Of a stretch of DNA of 64,000 nucleotides, positions 63,680 to 64,000 are shown piece after piece. The translations under genes were made by a program, and so were the position numbers. The stretch comes from Pristiophorus japonicus (Eukaryota). Under the pieces are notes generated by a model that saw nothing but the letters and a program-made list of their open reading frames with translations, did no database searches and was not told the DNA's origin. Every line of letters starts with the position of its first letter. Within the stretch, counting starts at the first letter, position 1. The stretch spans positions 186,001 to 250,000 of the forward strand of contig NW_027252702.1 of NCBI RefSeq assembly GCF_044704955.1. The letters run 5' to 3'.

Positions 63680-64000
63680 TTTATGTGTTTGAGGAATGTG
63701 GGCGTTGCTGGCAAGGCCGGCATTTATTGTCCATCCCTAATGGTCCTTGAGAAGGTGCTGGTGAGCCACCTTCTGGAACCGTTGTTCTCGGTACAACTGA
63801 ATGGCTCGCTCGGCCGTTTCAGAGATCAGTTAGACCTCAACTAAATCTGGATCCACGCTCTTGGTCTGGAGTCACATATAGCCCATCTGGGGTACGGATG
63901 GTAGATTTCCCTGTACTGTAGGACATTAATAGATGGGCTTTTAAGAAAATCCATTAATCCACAATTACGGTAGCTTCATCGTCACAATTACTGGCACTAT
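63680..64000. repeat. Interspersed shark repeat, family not assigned
   Basis: gtgggcgttgctggcaaggccggcatttattgtccatccctaa...ttgagaaggtgctggtgagcc. Confidence 0.4.

Noticed and set aside
50000-64000. Additional upstream V (NAR-TCR-like double V) or a second cluster
   Set aside because: No Ig-domain motifs or RSS pairs seen; the region is mostly LINE/SINE debris.

Overview
Eukaryotic genomic DNA from a cartilaginous fish (shark). The window holds one complete, unrearranged and apparently intact IgNAR (heavy-chain-only antibody) cluster on the minus strand. Its order is: promoter (octamer/TATA, ~49.9 kb), split leader, VNAR, two D segments, J, C1-C5, secretory tail, TM1, and a candidate TM2 about 9.9 kb further downstream. 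All exons I traced are stop-free, with GT-AG sites in compatible phases. The RSS pattern is V23-12D22-12D12-23J, so there are only two D segments rather than the three of canonical nurse-shark IgNAR clusters. The VNAR has no non-canonical Cys (type IV/IIb-like). The rest of the window is mostly decayed and nested CR1 LINEs plus L2, Tx1, RTE and Penelope-like fragments and SINEs. There are also two G-rich tandem arrays (11-bp, >=3.8 kb; 26-bp, 1.2 kb) and a 192-nt assembly gap. Two CTCF-like motifs in convergent orientation bracket the cluster. Repeat boundaries are approximate and repeat family calls were made by eye.
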